A DNA stretch of 64,000 bases from an uncultured Gammaproteobacteria bacterium (GCA_963794445.1 CAWCDZ010000001.1:177190-241189); one strand, 5' to 3'. Counted from the stretch's first letter, positions 23,445-37,438 are shown. Made by a program: numbers and translations. Notes: a model not told the origin generated them from the sequence alone.

Positions 23445-25357
23445 TTGAACGATCTGACGAAACAAATTCTCCTCTGGGTCGCGTTGGCCGTCATTCTGCT
23501 CGCGATTTTCAGTCAATTCGGCATGCGCACCGGTCAACCCGCGCCGATCATTTACTCGCAGTTCCTCACCGACGTGAAGAGCGGCAACATCGAATCGGTC
23601 ACCCTGAAGGGCGATGTCATCGAAGGCAAGAAGCGCTCGGGCGAGAGTTTCGTGGTCTATCAATCCCGAGACCAATAACGGCGCCTTGATCGATCTGTTG
23701 CAGCAGGAACACGTCAAGTTTGGCGGCGAACCCCCCAAGCAGCAGTCGGTGTTCCTGCAATTGCTTATCTCGGCCTTTCCGATATTGATTCTCATCGGCT
23801 TCTGGGCCTACTTCATGCGCCAGATGCAGGGCGCCTCGGGCGGCCGGGGGGCCATGTCCTTCGGCAAGAGCCGCGCGCGCCTGCTGGGCGAGGATCAGGT
23901 CAACATCACTTTCGCCGATGTGGCGGGCGTCGAGGAGGCCAAGCAGGAAGTCGTCGAAATCGTCGATTTCCTGAAAGATCCCGGCAAGTTCCAGAAACTT
24001 GGCGGCAAGATCCCGAAAGGCGTGCTCATGGTGGGCTCGCCGGGCACCGGCAAGACCCTGCTGGCCCGGGCCATCGCCGGCGAGGCCAAGGTGCCATTTT
24101 TCACCATTTCAGGCTCCGATTTCGTGGAGATGTTCGTGGGCGTGGGCGCCTCGCGCGTGCGCGACATGTTCGAGCAGGCCAAGAAACATGCGCCCTGCAT
24201 CATTTTCATCGATGAGATCGATGCCGTCGGCCGGCACCGCGGCGCGGGCCTGGGCGGCGGCCATGACGAGCGTGAGCAGACCTGAACCAGTTGCTGGTCG
24301 AGATGGATGGCTTCGAGGGCAACGAGGGCATCATCGTCATCGCGGCCACCAACCGTCCCGATGTGCTGGATCCGGCGCTACTGCGGCCGGGCCGTTTCGA
24401 TCGCCAAGTGGTGGTGCCGCTGCCCGATGTGCGCGGCCGCGAACAAATCCTCAAAGTTCACATGCGCAAGGTGCCGATCGGCGACAACGTCAAGCCTTCG
24501 GTCATCGCGCGCGGCACGCCCGGGATTTTCCGGCGCCGATCTGGCCAATCTCGTCAACGAAGCGGCGCTGTTCGCGGCGCGCGGCAACAAGCGCTCGGTG
24601 ACGATGGAAGAGTTCGAGCACGCCAAGGACAAGATCATGATGGGCGCGGAGCGCCGCTCCATGGTCATGACCGAGGAGGAGAAGCGCAACACCGCTTACC
24701 ACGAATCGGGCCACGCCATCGTCGGGCTTGAGTGTCCCGGATCACGATCCGGTCTACAAAGTCACCATCATTCCGCGCGGCCGCGCCCTGGGCGTGACCA
24801 TGTTCCTGCCGGAAGCCGATCGCTACAGCACCAGCAAGCGCCAGCTCGAGAGCCGCATCGCCACGCTGTTCGGCGGCCGCGTTGCCGAGGAATTGGTGTT
24901 CGGCGCGGACGCCGTCACCACCGGCGCCTCCAACGACATCGAACGCGCCACCGAACTGGCGCGCAATATGGTCACCCGCTGGGGCCTTTCCGACCGCCTG
25001 GGTCCGCAGACCTACAGCGAGGAATCCGGCGAAGTGTTCTTGGGACGCAGCGTCACACAGCACAAGCAGGTCTCGGACGTCACCGCGCACGTGATCGACG
25101 AGGAAGTCCGCCGCGTGATCGACAGCAACTATCAGCGCGCCTACAAAATTCTTCAGACCAACATGGACAAGCTGCAGACCATGTCGGAGGCCTTGATCAA
25201 GTACGAGACCATCGATGAGGAGATGATCAAGGACATCATGGAAGGCCGTGCCCCACGACCGCCCCGCGACTGGGACGACACACCGACACCGACGCCGCGG
25301 CCTCCCTCCGCCGAGAAGCCGACGCCGCCGCTGGTAAATCCCGCCGGACAGCACTGA
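23445..25357 (+). CDS. ftsH: ATP-dependent zinc metalloprotease FtsH (at least 4 frame changes)
   Basis: The TM N-terminus, Walker A ([18 protein letters not shown]), Walker B ([11 protein letters not shown]), the SRH ([19 protein letters not shown]) and HESGHAIVG are spread collinearly over five ORF-track frames. Confidence 0.95.
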
Positions 25358-25465
25358 GGAACAGTTTGCTCGGGCCGGGAAATGCGGCCCGCGCAATCAT
25401 CCTTTAGCGGCGGTGGCCGGCGATCAGTCGATCGAAGCCGGCCCCGGAGTCACTACAATCACCTC

Positions 25466-26302
25466 ATGCTGTGGCGCTGTCGAGAACGAAACATTGAGTT
25501 GAGGCGGCCGGTCGTCATGGGAATCCTCAACGTGACGCCGGATTCGTTTTCCGACGGCGGCCGCTATGCGGCGCTCGATGCGGCGTTGGAGCGGGCGCGG
25601 CAGATCGTCGCGGAAGGGGCGGCCGTCATCGATGTCGGTGGTCAGTCGACCCGGCCCGGCGCCCTCGCGGTGGACGCCTCGGTGGAGATCACGAGGGTCA
25701 TTCCTGTGATCGAGGCCATTGCCGCCAGCTGCGATGTGGCGATTTCCATCGATACATCCAAACCCAGTGTGATGAGTGCGGCGGTGGCGGCCGGCGCCTG
25801 CATCATCAACGATGTGTATGCACTGCGTGAGCCCGGCGCGCGCGCGGTGGCGGCAGAGACTCACGCGGGCGTGTGTCTCATGCATATGCAAGGTGAGCCG
25901 CGTACGATGCAAGATCGGCCGCACTATAATGACGTGGTGGGAGAAGTGATGGAGTTCTTGTCCGGGGAGCGCCGCGCGTGCATCGAGGCAGGTGTTGCGA
26001 GCGAAGCCATTGCACTCGATCCGGGATTTGGATTCGGCAAAAGCTTGGAGCACAACTTGACGCTACTCAGAGAATTACCGCGCTTCGCAGCGCTGCAGGC
26101 GCCGCTACTGATCGGCGTATCGCGCAAAAGCGTGATCGGAAAAATATTGGGCAAGAGCGTGAATGAACGGCTGTACGGCGGCTTGGGGTTGGCGGCGCTG
26201 GCGGTGGCCAATGGCGCTCGCATCATCCGGACTCACGATGTCGGCCCCACCCTGGATGCGGTGCGCAGCGTAAGCGCGGTGCTGCAAGGATCGGCCCCGT
26301 GA
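25466..26302 (+). CDS. folP: dihydropteroate synthase
   Basis: VMGILNVTPDSFSDGG, IIDVGGQSTRPG, INDV and DPGFGFGK. ORF 25382..26302 trimmed to the ATG at 25466. Confidence 0.93.
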   Translation: MLWRCRERNIELRRPVVMGILNVTPDSFSDGGRYAALDAALERARQIVAEGAAVIDVGGQSTRPGALAVDASVEITRVIPVIEAIAASCDVAISIDTSKPSVMSAAVAAGACIINDVYALREPGARAVAAETHAGVCLMHMQGEPRTMQDRPHYNDVVGEVMEFLSGERRACIEAGVASEAIALDPGFGFGKSLEHNLTLLRELPRFAALQAPLLIGVSRKSVIGKILGKSVNERLYGGLGLAALAVANGARIIRTHDVGPTLDAVRSVSAVLQGSAP

Positions 26303-27639
26303 GCCACTACTTCGGCACCGACGGTGTACGCGGCCGCGTCGGTTCCGCGCCGATGACCGTGGATTTTGCCTTGCGCCTGGCAAGTTCCGCCGCGCGGGTG
26401 CTTAGCCCGAACGGCGGCCGCGTGCTCATCGGCAAAGACACGCGGGTGTCCGGCTACATGTTCGAATCGGCGTTGGAAGCGGGATTTGTCGCCGCCGGTG
26501 TGGATGTGATGCTGATCGGGCCTTTGCCCACGCCCGGCATCGCGTACATGACCCAGCGATTGGGCTGTAGTTTCGGCGTTGTCATCAGCGCATCACACAA
26601 CCCTTACGAGGACAACGGCATCAAATTCTTCGATGCCACCGGCAGCAAGCTGTCGGACCGCGTGGAGCAGCAAATCGAGGCATTGCTGGATCATGCGGTG
26701 GTCACCCAAGAATCGCAGCACCTGGGCCGGGCGATGCGCATCGATCGCAGCCGCACGCAGTATCAGGAATTTTGCGCCTCCACCATTCCATCGGGCATGA
26801 ATTTGAGCGGCTTCAAGATCGTGATCGACTGCGCCAACGGCGCCGGCTATAAAGTGGCGCCGCGGGTGTTGGCGGATCTCGGCGCGGAGATCGTGCCGAT
26901 CGGCTGCTCACCCAACGGCCGCAACATCAATGACGGATGCGGTTCGACCTCGCCGGAGCTCCTGCAGCTCACGGTCCCTGGCGTGCGCGCCCACGTGGGA
27001 TTGGCGCTCGACGGTGACGGCGATCGGGTGGTGATGGTGGATGAGCTCGGTCGCTGCGTGGACGGCGACCAATTGCTGTTCATTCTGGCAACGGCGCGCC
27101 ATGGCGCGGGGGAGTTGAAAGGGCCGGTGGTCGGCACGGTCATGAGCAACCTGGGGTTACAGCACGCGCTCGAATCGCGCCGCATCGAGTTTCTGCGCGC
27201 CCAGGTGGGCGACCGCAATGTTCTCGCCATGCTGAATCAAGCTCACGGCACTTTGGGCGGGGAAACTTCCGGCCACATTCTGTGTCTGGATAAGACCACC
27301 ACGGGCGATGGTCTGGTCAGCGCTTTGCAGGTGCTTGCCATCATGAAGCAGACCGGATCGGGCTTGGCGCAGCTCGCCGCGGCGATGCAAAAATATCCGC
27401 AGGTCTTGCTCAACGTGAAAGTCCTGAAGCGCTTCGATCCGCAGGCCGAACCTGCCGTGGTGCGGGTGGTCGAAGAGGTGGAAGGGCGGCTCGAGGGGCG
27501 CGGTCGAATTGTGCTGCGCGCCTCCGGCACCGAGCCGGTCATACGGGTCATGGTTGAGGGCTCCGATGCGGCTCTCGTCAAGAAGGGCGCGCAGGATATT
27601 GCCGCGGCCGTCGAGGCGGCGTCGAACGCCAATTTCTAA
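26299..27639 (+). CDS. glmM: phosphoglucosamine mutase
   Basis: Intact 446-aa ORF with YFGTDGVRG, the active site ISASHNPYEDNGIKF, and DGDGDR. The GTG start overlaps the folP stop. Confidence 0.96.
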   Translation: MSHYFGTDGVRGRVGSAPMTVDFALRLASSAARVLSPNGGRVLIGKDTRVSGYMFESALEAGFVAAGVDVMLIGPLPTPGIAYMTQRLGCSFGVVISASHNPYEDNGIKFFDATGSKLSDRVEQQIEALLDHAVVTQESQHLGRAMRIDRSRTQYQEFCASTIPSGMNLSGFKIVIDCANGAGYKVAPRVLADLGAEIVPIGCSPNGRNINDGCGSTSPELLQLTVPGVRAHVGLALDGDGDRVVMVDELGRCVDGDQLLFILATARHGAGELKGPVVGTVMSNLGLQHALESRRIEFLRAQVGDRNVLAMLNQAHGTLGGETSGHILCLDKTTTGDGLVSALQVLAIMKQTGSGLAQLAAAMQKYPQVLLNVKVLKRFDPQAEPAVVRVVEEVEGRLEGRGRIVLRASGTEPVIRVMVEGSDAALVKKGAQDIAAAVEAASNANF

Positions 27640-27716
27640 CGGGGGCTTGCAGTTACGCGGCTGCGCGGCTAATCTTCGCCGCCTTTCCCGCAGGGCGAAA
27701 CGCCCGAAGGTTGGCT

Positions 27717-28478
27717 ATGCGTCGTCCGATGGTCGCCGGCAATTGGAAAATGCACGGGTCGCAGGCCCTGAATCGAGCGTTGCTCGGCGAGCTAGAGAGC
27801 CTTATCAAGCCGGACTGGCCGATCGACGTCGTGGTATTTCCGCCTTATGTCTATATTGCCGATGCGGTGCGCGCCTTGGAAGACGGCCGCATCATGGTCG
27901 GCGCGCAGGACGTGTGTGCCGAATCCGGCGGTGCCTTTACCGGGCAGGTGGGCGCCGCCATGCTCAAGGACGTGGGCTGCAGCTACGTCATCGTCGGTCA
28001 CTCGGAACGGCGGCGCTGGTATCACGAAGACGACACGTTGGTTGCACGAAAGTTTGCGGCCGGCCTCGCGGGGGGGCTGACGCCGGTGCTGTGCGTCGGG
28101 GAAACCCTGGAAGAGCGCGAGGCCAAGCAAACCGAGGCGGTGATCGGACGGCAGGTCGATGCAGTGATTGCCATGCTTGGCGCGGGCGCATTCGCCCAGG
28201 CAGTGCTCGCTTATGAGCCGGTCTGGGCCATCGGAACCGGACGGACCGCATCGCCGCAGCAGGCACAGGAGGCACATGCCTTTCTGCGGGGTCGGATGGC
28301 GGCCCATGATGTTAAGATGGCGGGCCACTTACGCATTCTGTACGGCGGCAGCGTCAAGGCCGGCAACGCGGCAGAGCTATTCGCGATGCCCGATGTCGAT
28401 GGTGGATTGATAGGCGGCGCTTCCTTGAGTGCCGATGAGTTTCGACAGATTTGCGCGGCTGCGGCCGCTCGCCACTAA
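27717..28478 (+). CDS. tpiA: triosephosphate isomerase
   Basis: MVAGNWKMHG, VIVGHSERR, AYEPVWAIGTG and ILYGGSV. Confidence 0.95.
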   Translation: MRRPMVAGNWKMHGSQALNRALLGELESLIKPDWPIDVVVFPPYVYIADAVRALEDGRIMVGAQDVCAESGGAFTGQVGAAMLKDVGCSYVIVGHSERRRWYHEDDTLVARKFAAGLAGGLTPVLCVGETLEEREAKQTEAVIGRQVDAVIAMLGAGAFAQAVLAYEPVWAIGTGRTASPQQAQEAHAFLRGRMAAHDVKMAGHLRILYGGSVKAGNAAELFAMPDVDGGLIGGASLSADEFRQICAAAAARH

Positions 28479-28489
28479 AGAGATTTTTT

Positions 28490-28870
28490 ATGTTGCGTGG
28501 TTTGATTTTGGGTGTGCATGTACTCCTTGCACTGATGATCATCGGACTGGTGCTGCTGCAGCGGGGCAAGGGCGCCGAGGCGGGTGCCGGATTCGGCTCC
28601 GGCGCATCGGGCACGGTGTTCGGCGCGCGCGGCACGAGCACCTTGTTTTCGAAGTTGACCGCCGTGTTTGCGGGACTGTTCTTTGTCACCAGCTTGACAT
28701 TGGCGTATCTCGGCACGCATGCGCCCGTGCAGCCCACCTCGGTGCTGGAACGCGCCGCGCAAGCCGCGGCCGCTGCGCCGACGAAGGCGCCGCCGCCGGC
28801 GCTCACGCCGACGCCACCGCCCGCCAGTGCGCCGGCACCGCAGCCGTCGCCCGCGCCCGAACAAAAGTGA
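28490..28870 (+). CDS. secG: preprotein translocase subunit SecG with Pro/Ala-rich tail
   Basis: LLALMIIGLVLLQRGKGAEAGAGFG motif. It sits directly upstream of tRNA-Leu, as in secG-leuU. Confidence 0.9.
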   Translation: MLRGLILGVHVLLALMIIGLVLLQRGKGAEAGAGFGSGASGTVFGARGTSTLFSKLTAVFAGLFFVTSLTLAYLGTHAPVQPTSVLERAAQAAAAAPTKAPPPALTPTPPPASAPAPQPSPAPEQK

Positions 28871-28875
28871 ATATT

Positions 28876-28960
28876 GCCGACGTGGCGAAATTGGTAGACG
28901 CGCTAGTTTGAGGGGCTAGTGGGGCAACCTGTGCCGGTTCGAGTCCGGCCGTCGGCACCA
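28876..28960 (+). tRNA. tRNA-Leu (anticodon GAG)
   Basis: 85 nt. Acceptor stem GCCGACG/CGTCGGC, anticodon stem CTAGT/GCTAG with loop TTGAGGG, a long variable arm, T-arm GCCGG-TTCGAGT-CCGGC, and an encoded CCA. Confidence 0.93.
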
Positions 28961-29021
28961 TGGTTTTGGATTGTTACGCGCGACGCAGCATAGGCGCGCC
29001 TGATACAATTATGGTCAATCC

Positions 29022-29399
29022 GTGCAGTCAACGGCGTCGATAATGTTGCGACAGTACTTACCGATATTGATCTTTCTGGGTTTGGCCACGGTTTTGGGCC
29101 TGGCGCTGTTTACTGTCGGTTGGATCCTGGGGCCGCGCCGTCCGGATTCCGAAAAACTCTCGCCTTATGAGTGCGGCTTCGAGGCCTTCGAAGACTCGCG
29201 CATGCGTTTCGACGTCCGCTACTACCTCGTGGCCATCATTTTCATCGTGTTCGACCTGGAAATCGCGTTTTTCTTTCCCTGGGCGGTGTCGCTCAAGATC
29301 ACCGGCACGTTCGGCCTTTTGGCCATGTTTATCTTCGCCTTGATTCTGGTGGTGGCCCTGGCCTACGACTACAAGAAAGGGGCCCTGGAATGGGATTAG
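29022..29399 (+). CDS. nuoA: NADH-quinone oxidoreductase subunit A
   Basis: LSPYECGFE and [19 protein letters not shown]. An alternative start is the ATG at 29043. Confidence 0.93.
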   Translation: MQSTASIMLRQYLPILIFLGLATVLGLALFTVGWILGPRRPDSEKLSPYECGFEAFEDSRMRFDVRYYLVAIIFIVFDLEIAFFFPWAVSLKITGTFGLLAMFIFALILVVALAYDYKKGALEWD

Positions 29400-29869
29400 A
29401 GGCCGACAACACCGCGCGCGGCTTCGAAGTGACCACCGTCGATAAACTCATCAACTGGGCTCGCACCGGTTCGCTCTGGCCGATGACCTTCGGTTTGGCG
29501 TGCTGCGCGGTAGAAATGATGCACGCCGGCGCGGCACGCTATGACCTAGACCGCTTCGGCATCATTTTCAGGCCGAGCCCACGGCAGTCCGACGTCATGA
29601 TCGTGGCCGGCACCTTGGTGAATAAAATGGCGCCGGCGCTGCGCAAGGTGTACGACCAGATGACCGAGCCGCGGTGGGTGATCTCCATGGGATCCTGCGC
29701 CAACGGCGGCGGCTATTATCATTATTCCTATGCGGTGGTTCGCGGCTGCGACCGCATCGTTCCGGTCGATGTCTACGTACCCGGATGCCCGCCGACCGCG
29801 GAAGCGTTGCTTTACGGCATCATTCAGCTGCAGAACAAAATTCGCCGCAACAAGGCGATCATCCGATGA
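29390..29869 (+). CDS. nuoB: NADH-quinone oxidoreductase subunit B
   Basis: [25 protein letters not shown] and GCPP. The ATG at 29390 lies inside the longer ORF 29171..29869. Confidence 0.95.
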   Translation: MGLEADNTARGFEVTTVDKLINWARTGSLWPMTFGLACCAVEMMHAGAARYDLDRFGIIFRPSPRQSDVMIVAGTLVNKMAPALRKVYDQMTEPRWVISMGSCANGGGYYHYSYAVVRGCDRIVPVDVYVPGCPPTAEALLYGIIQLQNKIRRNKAIIR

Positions 29870-30626
29870 GCGCGACTCCGGGCAGCACGGCGGCGGTTGC
29901 AACACCGACCCGCCTCGAAGTTCTGGCCCAAGCGATCAGCGCCGCGCTGCCCGGCAAGCTCACGCCGGTCGCCAATCACGCCGGCGAGTTGACCTATGAG
30001 GTCGCTGCCCGATGAACTGTTGGCGGCAGCGCAAATCCTGCGCGATGCGCCCGAACTCAAGTTTGAAATGTGCATGGACGTCTGCGGTGTGGATTACTTT
30101 TCATACGGCCGCGACGAATGGAATACCGAGACTGCGACCTCATCCGGCTTCAGCCGCGGCGTGGCGCGCGGCGGGCAGCGCACAGACGCGGCGGCGCCGG
30201 GACGGCGATTTGCCGTGGTTTATCACCTGCTGTCGATCTCGCTTGAATCAACGGCTGCGATTGCGGGTGTATTGCGCCGACGACGCGGCACCCATGGTCG
30301 ACTCGGTGACCCCTGTTTGGGCGGCAGCGAATTGGTTTGAGCGCGAGGCCTTCGACCTATTCGGCATCCTGTTCAGGGGCCATCCGGACCTGCGCCGCTT
30401 GCTCACCGACTATGGCTTCATTGGCTATCCGTTTCGCAAGGATTTCCCGCTGTCGGGCAACGTCGAAGTCCGTTACGACCCGGAAAAGGGGCGCGTGGTC
30501 TATCAGCCGGTAACCATCGATCCCCGCGTGCTCGTGCCCAAGGTGATTCGTCACGACAACCGCTACGATCCCGCGCTCACCAACGCGCCTGTCCACACCA
30601 CGAGCCTTGCAAAATCCGATGGCTGA
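29866..30626 (+). CDS. nuoC: NADH-quinone oxidoreductase subunit C (two frame changes)
   Basis: ATGA overlap with the nuoB stop. [39 protein letters not shown] is in ORF 30012..30626. Confidence 0.9.
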
Positions 30627-31875
30627 GATTCGCAACTACACCATGAATTTCGGCCCGCAGCATCCGGCTGCGCACGGCGTGCTGCGCCTGGTGCTGGAGA
30701 TGGACGGTGAGGTGATTCAAAAGGCCGATCCGCACATCGGCCTGCTGCACCGTGCGACCGAGAAGCTGGCGGAGAGCAAGCCCTTCAATCAGTCGATCGG
30801 CTACATGGACCGTCTGGATTACGTTTCCATGATGTGCAACGAGCACGCCTATGTCATGGCGATCGAGAAGCTCCTGGGCCTCGAGCCGCCGCTGCGCGCG
30901 CAGTACATCCGCGTGATGTTCGATGAGATCACGCGCATCTTGAATCACCTGATGTGGCTCGGCGCGCACGCCATCGACATCGGCGCCATGACGGTATTCC
31001 TGTATTGCTTCCGCGAGCGCGAAGATCTCATGGATTGCTACGAGGCGGTCTCCGGCACGCGCATGCATGCGACCTATTATCGTCCCGGCGGCGTGTATCG
31101 CGATCTGCCTGAATCCATGCCGCAATACCCGTATTCGCAGTGGCGCAGCAAAAAGGAAGTGGACCGTCTGAACGACCGCCGCGCCGGCGGACTGCTCGAT
31201 TTCATCGCGGATTTCGTCGGGCGCTTTCCCGCCTGCGTCGATGAATACGAGGCGCTGTTGACCGACAACCGCATCTGGAAACAGCGCACCGTCAATATCG
31301 GCGTGGTGAGTCCGGAGCGCGCCATGCAGCTGGGCTTCTCGGGACCGATGCTGCGCGGCTCGGGGGTGGAGTGGGATCTGCGCAAGAAGCAGCCATACGA
31401 TGTGTACGATCGGTTGGATTTCGACATTCCCGTCGGCCTCAACGGCGATTGCTACGACCGCTACCTGGTGCAGGGTCGAGGAGCTGCGCCAGTCGAACCG
31501 CATCATCGAGCAATGCGTGGCGTGGCTCAAGGCCAATCCCGGGCCCGTCATGATCGACGATCGCAAGGTGCGGCCGCCGCGGCGCGAAGAAATGAAGGGC
31601 GACATGGAATCCTTGATTCATCACTTCAAATTGATGACCGAAGGTTATTGCGTTCCCGCGGGCGAGGTTTATGCCGCGGTCGAGGCGCCCAAGGGCGAAC
31701 TCGGGCGTGTATCTCGTCTCCGACGGCGCGAACAAGCCGTATCGGCTGAAGGTGCGGGCCGCCGGGTTTCGCGCACCTGGCCTCGCTCGATGAGATGGTG
31801 CGCGGCCATATGCTGGCGGACGTAGTGGCGGTGATCGGTACCCAGGACATCGTTTTCGGCGAGATCGACCGATGA
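30619..31875 (+). CDS. nuoD: NADH-quinone oxidoreductase subunit D (two or more frame changes near 31470 and 31700)
   Basis: [15 protein letters not shown] and [10 protein letters not shown] are in ORF 30607..31749. VEELRQS...EAPKGELG is in 31400..31825. The tail [12 protein letters not shown] ends in an ATGA overlap with nuoE. Confidence 0.92.
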
Positions 31876-32357
31876 GCGCGAGATTGTCGGAGCACGTGCG
31901 CGAGGAGATCGATCACTGGGTGGCCAAGTTTCCGCCCGATCGCAAACGCTCCGCGGTGATTTCGGCGCTGCATGCCGTGCAGCACGAAAACCGCGGCTAT
32001 CTCACCACGGATCTGATGGATGCGGTCGCCGAATATTTGGAGCTGCCGAATATTCAGGTGTACGAGGTCGCCACCTTTTATTCCATGTTCGAGACCAAGC
32101 CGGTGGGGCGGCATCACATTTCGGTATGCACCAACATTTCCTGCATGCTGCGCGGCTCGCAGGAAATCGTCGATCACATCGAGAGGAAACTCGGCATCAA
32201 GACCGGCGACAGCACGCCCGACGGGCGCATTTACCTGAAGCGCGAAGAGGAGTGCCTTGCGGCGTGCTGCGGGGCGCCGATGATGATGGTCGATCATGTC
32301 TATCATGAGAACCTCACGCCGCAGAGCGTCGACAAGATCTTGGACGAATTGACTTAA
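31872..32357 (+). CDS. nuoE: NADH-quinone oxidoreductase subunit E
   Basis: Intact ORF with the 2Fe-2S ligand pattern [11 protein letters not shown]...[10 protein letters not shown]. Confidence 0.95.
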   Translation: MSARLSEHVREEIDHWVAKFPPDRKRSAVISALHAVQHENRGYLTTDLMDAVAEYLELPNIQVYEVATFYSMFETKPVGRHHISVCTNISCMLRGSQEIVDHIERKLGIKTGDSTPDGRIYLKREEECLAACCGAPMMMVDHVYHENLTPQSVDKILDELT

Positions 32358-32368
32358 GAGAGCCGCCG

Positions 32369-33700
<1,332 letters not shown>

Positions 33701-33704
<4 letters not shown>

Positions 33705-35870
33705 GCGACGATACGGTCAACATCGAAGTCAACGGCGTCGCGCTGAAGGCCCGCAAGGGGCAGATGATCATGCAGGTCACCGACCCTGCCGATATCTATA
33801 TTCCGCGATTTTGCTATCACGAAAAATTGACCGTGGCGGCGAACTGCCGCATGTGCCTGGTCGAGGTGGAGAAGGCGCCCAAGCCGCTGCCGGCCTGCGC
33901 GACGCCGGTGACCGAAGGCATGAAGGTGTTCACCCGATCGCCGAAAGCCGTGGCGGCGCAGCGCGCCACCATGGAATTTCTGCTCATCAATCATCCGCTC
34001 GATTGCCCCATTTGCGATCAGGGCGGCGAGTGCGAGCTTCAGGATCTGGCGTTGGGATTCGGACGCGATATCTCGCGCTTCAACGAAGGCAAGCGCGTGG
34101 TCAAGGACAAGAACTTGGGTCCCTTGGTCTCCACCGACATGACCCGCTGCATTCATTGCACCCGCTGCGTGCGCTTCGGCGCGGAGATTCAAGGCTATCC
34201 GCAAATGGGCGCGACCGGCCGCGGCGAGCACATGGAGATCGGCACCTACATCGAGCACAGCGTCGATCATGAGTTGTCGGCAAACATCATCGATCTGTGT
34301 CCGGTCGGTGCGCTCAACAACAAGCCGTTCCGCTATCACGCGCGCGCGTGGGAGATGACGCCAGGCGGCGCTGGTCTCGCCGCACGATGCCTTCGGCACC
34401 AATTTGTACGCGCACGTGCTGCGCGGCAAGCTGATGCGCATGGTGCCGCGCGAGAATGAGCAGATCAACGAGACCTGGATCGCCGATCGCGATCGGTTCG
34501 GCTTCGAGGGCATGTATTCCGCCGATCGGGTTTCACAACCCATGCTGCGCATCGACGGCACCCTGCAGGGCGTGGATTGGGAGGTGGCGCTCAATGCCGC
34601 CGCGGAAGGCTTGCAACAAGCCGCCGCAGTGAGTCAAGCCGCCACCGGATACCTGGCTTCGCCGCTGGCCACGCGTCGAGGAGCTATACCTGTTCGGACA
34701 AATTGCCCGCGGCTTGAAGTGCGGCAATATCGATCATCGCTTGCGGCAGCTGGATTTTCGCGCCCAGGAGAATGAGACGGCCTACCCTCATCTGGGACTG
34801 AAGCTCGCCGAGGTTGAGAATCTCGAAGGCGTTCTGGTCGTGGGCTCTGAACCTGCGTCATGAAGTGCCGATGCTCGCGCATCGCATTCGCAAAGCGGCG
34901 ATCAAAGGCGGGGCGCGCAGTGGCTTTCTTGAATCCGCGCCGCTTCGACTACATGTTCCCGGTCGCGGGTTACGTGGCCGAGCCCGACTTGGTTGCGCAG
35001 CTCAATGCGCTGCTGCACGCCGCAGCCGGCGCCGCCAAGCAGCCTGTACCGGCGGGCGTGCGGAGCGGCGATCGTGACGGATGCTCACAGAGCGCTGGTT
35101 GCCGCCCTCTCTCGTGGGTCGCGACGCGCCGTGATTTTGGGAACGCTGGCCCAGCGCCACCCGGCGTACTCGCAATTGAAGGCCTTGAGCGCCGCGCTGG
35201 CTGAACTGTGCGGAGCCAGCGTCGGATACATCACCGAAGGGCCCAACGCCGCCGGCGCGTACCTGGCCGGCGCCGTCCCGCATCGGGAAGCCGGGGGCGC
35301 GCCCGTCGGCTCAGCGGGCTTATCGGCGCGACAGATGTTGGATTCACCGCTCAAGGCCTATGTGCTGTTGGGCGCCATCGACCCGGCCAGCGATTTGGCC
35401 GTGGATCCTTGGGCGCTGGCGTCGGCGGACTTGGTCGTTGCCGTGACCTCGCATTTGCCGGAATCCTTGCGCAATGTGGTGCATGTGGTGCTGCCCATCG
35501 GCACATTCGCCGAAACGTCCGGCACCTTCGTGAATGCGGAGGGGCGCTGGCAGAGCTGGGCGGGCGCCGCGAAATTGCCGGGCGAGGCCGGCCCGGATGG
35601 AAGGTGTTGCGCGTGCTCGCGAACCTTTTGAACCTGCATGGCATCGACTACGACAGCTCGGATGAGATTCGCGAAGCCTTGAAAGCCCGCGTGCGGGCGT
35701 CGCGGCTCGAGCCGGCGCGCGCCGCTGCGGTCGGGCGCAATGCCCGAACGGCGAGATTCCCAACGGTTCCTGGGTGGAAATCCCGCCTTACCAGACCGAT
35801 GTGCTGGTGCGCGGCTCCGAACCGCTTGCAAAAAACCAAGGACGGGCGCCTGACCCGCGCCGTGCTCTGA
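33701..35870 (+). CDS. nuoG: NADH-quinone oxidoreductase subunit G (about 6 frame changes)
   Basis: The N-terminal Fe-S motifs ([43 protein letters not shown]) start at the ATG at 33701. Collinear fragments run through ORFs 34404.., 34860.., 34993.. and 35208..35870. Confidence 0.9.
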
Positions 35871-35871
35871 C

Positions 35872-36950
35872 ATGTGGGATTGGACGCCGCATCCGCGATT
35901 GGATTTCCGGCTACATCACGTCGTACTGGACCACGCCGTTGCTGCTCGCGGTGCAGACTTTGATGGTCATGATCGCGATCATTTTGACCATGGCGTTTTA
36001 TACGCTGGCGGAGCGCAAAGTCATCGGCTGGATGCAGTACCGCCGCGGTCCGAATCGCGTGAACCTGTTCTGGATACCGGGCCTGGGTCAACCGTTCGCG
36101 GACGTGATCAAGCTGATGTTCAAGGAGATCATGATCCCGGCGGATGCGAACGGATTTCTGTTCCGCGTCGCGCCCTTTCTGGCGTTGGTGCCCGCTCTCG
36201 CGCTGTGGGCGGTGATTCCGTTGCGACCCGAGCATGCCTTCGCGAATATCGATGCGGGGCTGCTATACGTGCTGGCGCTCACCTCGATGGGCGTCTACGG
36301 CATCATCTTCGCCGGTTGGGCGGCGAACTCCAAGTACGCCTTCCTGGGCGCGATGCGCTCCGCGGCGCAGATCGTCGCCTACGAGATCGCCATGGGTTTC
36401 GCCATGGTGGGCGTGCTGATGGCCTCCGGCAGCCTCAACATCGGCGAGATCATCCACCGGCAGTCGGGGATGTTCGGCTGGAACTGGACCTGGCTGTTCC
36501 CGCTGTTCATCGTGTATTTCATTTCGGGCGTCGCGGAGACCAATCGCGCGCCGTTCGACGTGGCGGAGGGCGAATCGGAAATCGTCGCCGGCTTTCACGT
36601 CGACTATTCCGGCATGGCATTCGCGCTGTTCTTCATCGCCGAATACGTCAACATGATTTTGATCTCCACCTTGACCTCGATCTTTTTCTTCGGCGGATGG
36701 CTGTCGCCGTTCGACGGCTGGCTGCCGGCGGACTCGATGGCTCGCGCAACCGAGCTTTTTCTGGCTCGCGCTCAAGGTATTCTTCTTCATGTTCGCATTT
36801 CTGTGGCTGCGCGCGACCTTCCCACGTTACCGCTACGATCAGATCATGCGATTGGGCTGGAAGGCGCTCATCCCGGTGACGCTCGTTTGGCTCACCGTCG
36901 AGGGAGTCATGGCCTACGTCCAGGTCGGTCCGTGGAAGGGGCATCCGTAA
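35872..36950 (+). CDS. nuoH: NADH-quinone oxidoreductase subunit H (two frame changes)
   Basis: [45 protein letters not shown] and the tail [21 protein letters not shown]. The stop TAA is at 36948-36950. Confidence 0.92.
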
Positions 36951-37438
36951 TGCAAGGCATTCGCAGTTTCATCAAGACCTTTTTGCTCTGGGAGCTGTTG
37001 CAGGGCCTATGGGTCACGATGGAAGGCATGTTCGCGACCAAGATCACGCTGAACTATCCGGAAGAGAAGGCCCCGCAGAGCAACCGCTTCCGCGGCCTGC
37101 ATGCGCTGCGGCGCTATCCGAACGGCGAAGAGCGCTGCATCGCCTGCAAGCTGTGCGAGGCGGTGTGTCCGGCGCTCGCGATCACGATCGAATCGGACGT
37201 GGCGAGCGATGGCACGCGCCGCACCACCCGCTACGACATCGACTTGTTCAAGTGCATCTATTGCGGCTTTTGCGAGGAGGCATGTCCGGTGGACGCCATC
37301 GTCGAGACGCGGATCCACGAGTACCACATGGAGAAGCGCGGCGAGAACATCATGAGCAAGGACAAGCTGCTCGGCATCGGCGAGCGCTACGAGGCCATGA
37401 TTGCGGCGGATCGCGCCGCCGATGCGCGGTACCGCTGA
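36950..37438 (+). CDS. nuoI: NADH-quinone oxidoreductase subunit I
   Basis: Intact, with two 4Fe-4S motifs [12 protein letters not shown] and [12 protein letters not shown]. Confidence 0.95.
   Translation: MQGIRSFIKTFLLWELLQGLWVTMEGMFATKITLNYPEEKAPQSNRFRGLHALRRYPNGEERCIACKLCEAVCPALAITIESDVASDGTRRTTRYDIDLFKCIYCGFCEEACPVDAIVETRIHEYHMEKRGENIMSKDKLLGIGERYEAMIAADRAADARYR

Noticed and set aside
28961-29021. A candidate nuo promoter (TACAAT near 29004).
   Set aside because: No acceptable -35 element lies at 16-18 nt spacing, so it was not called.
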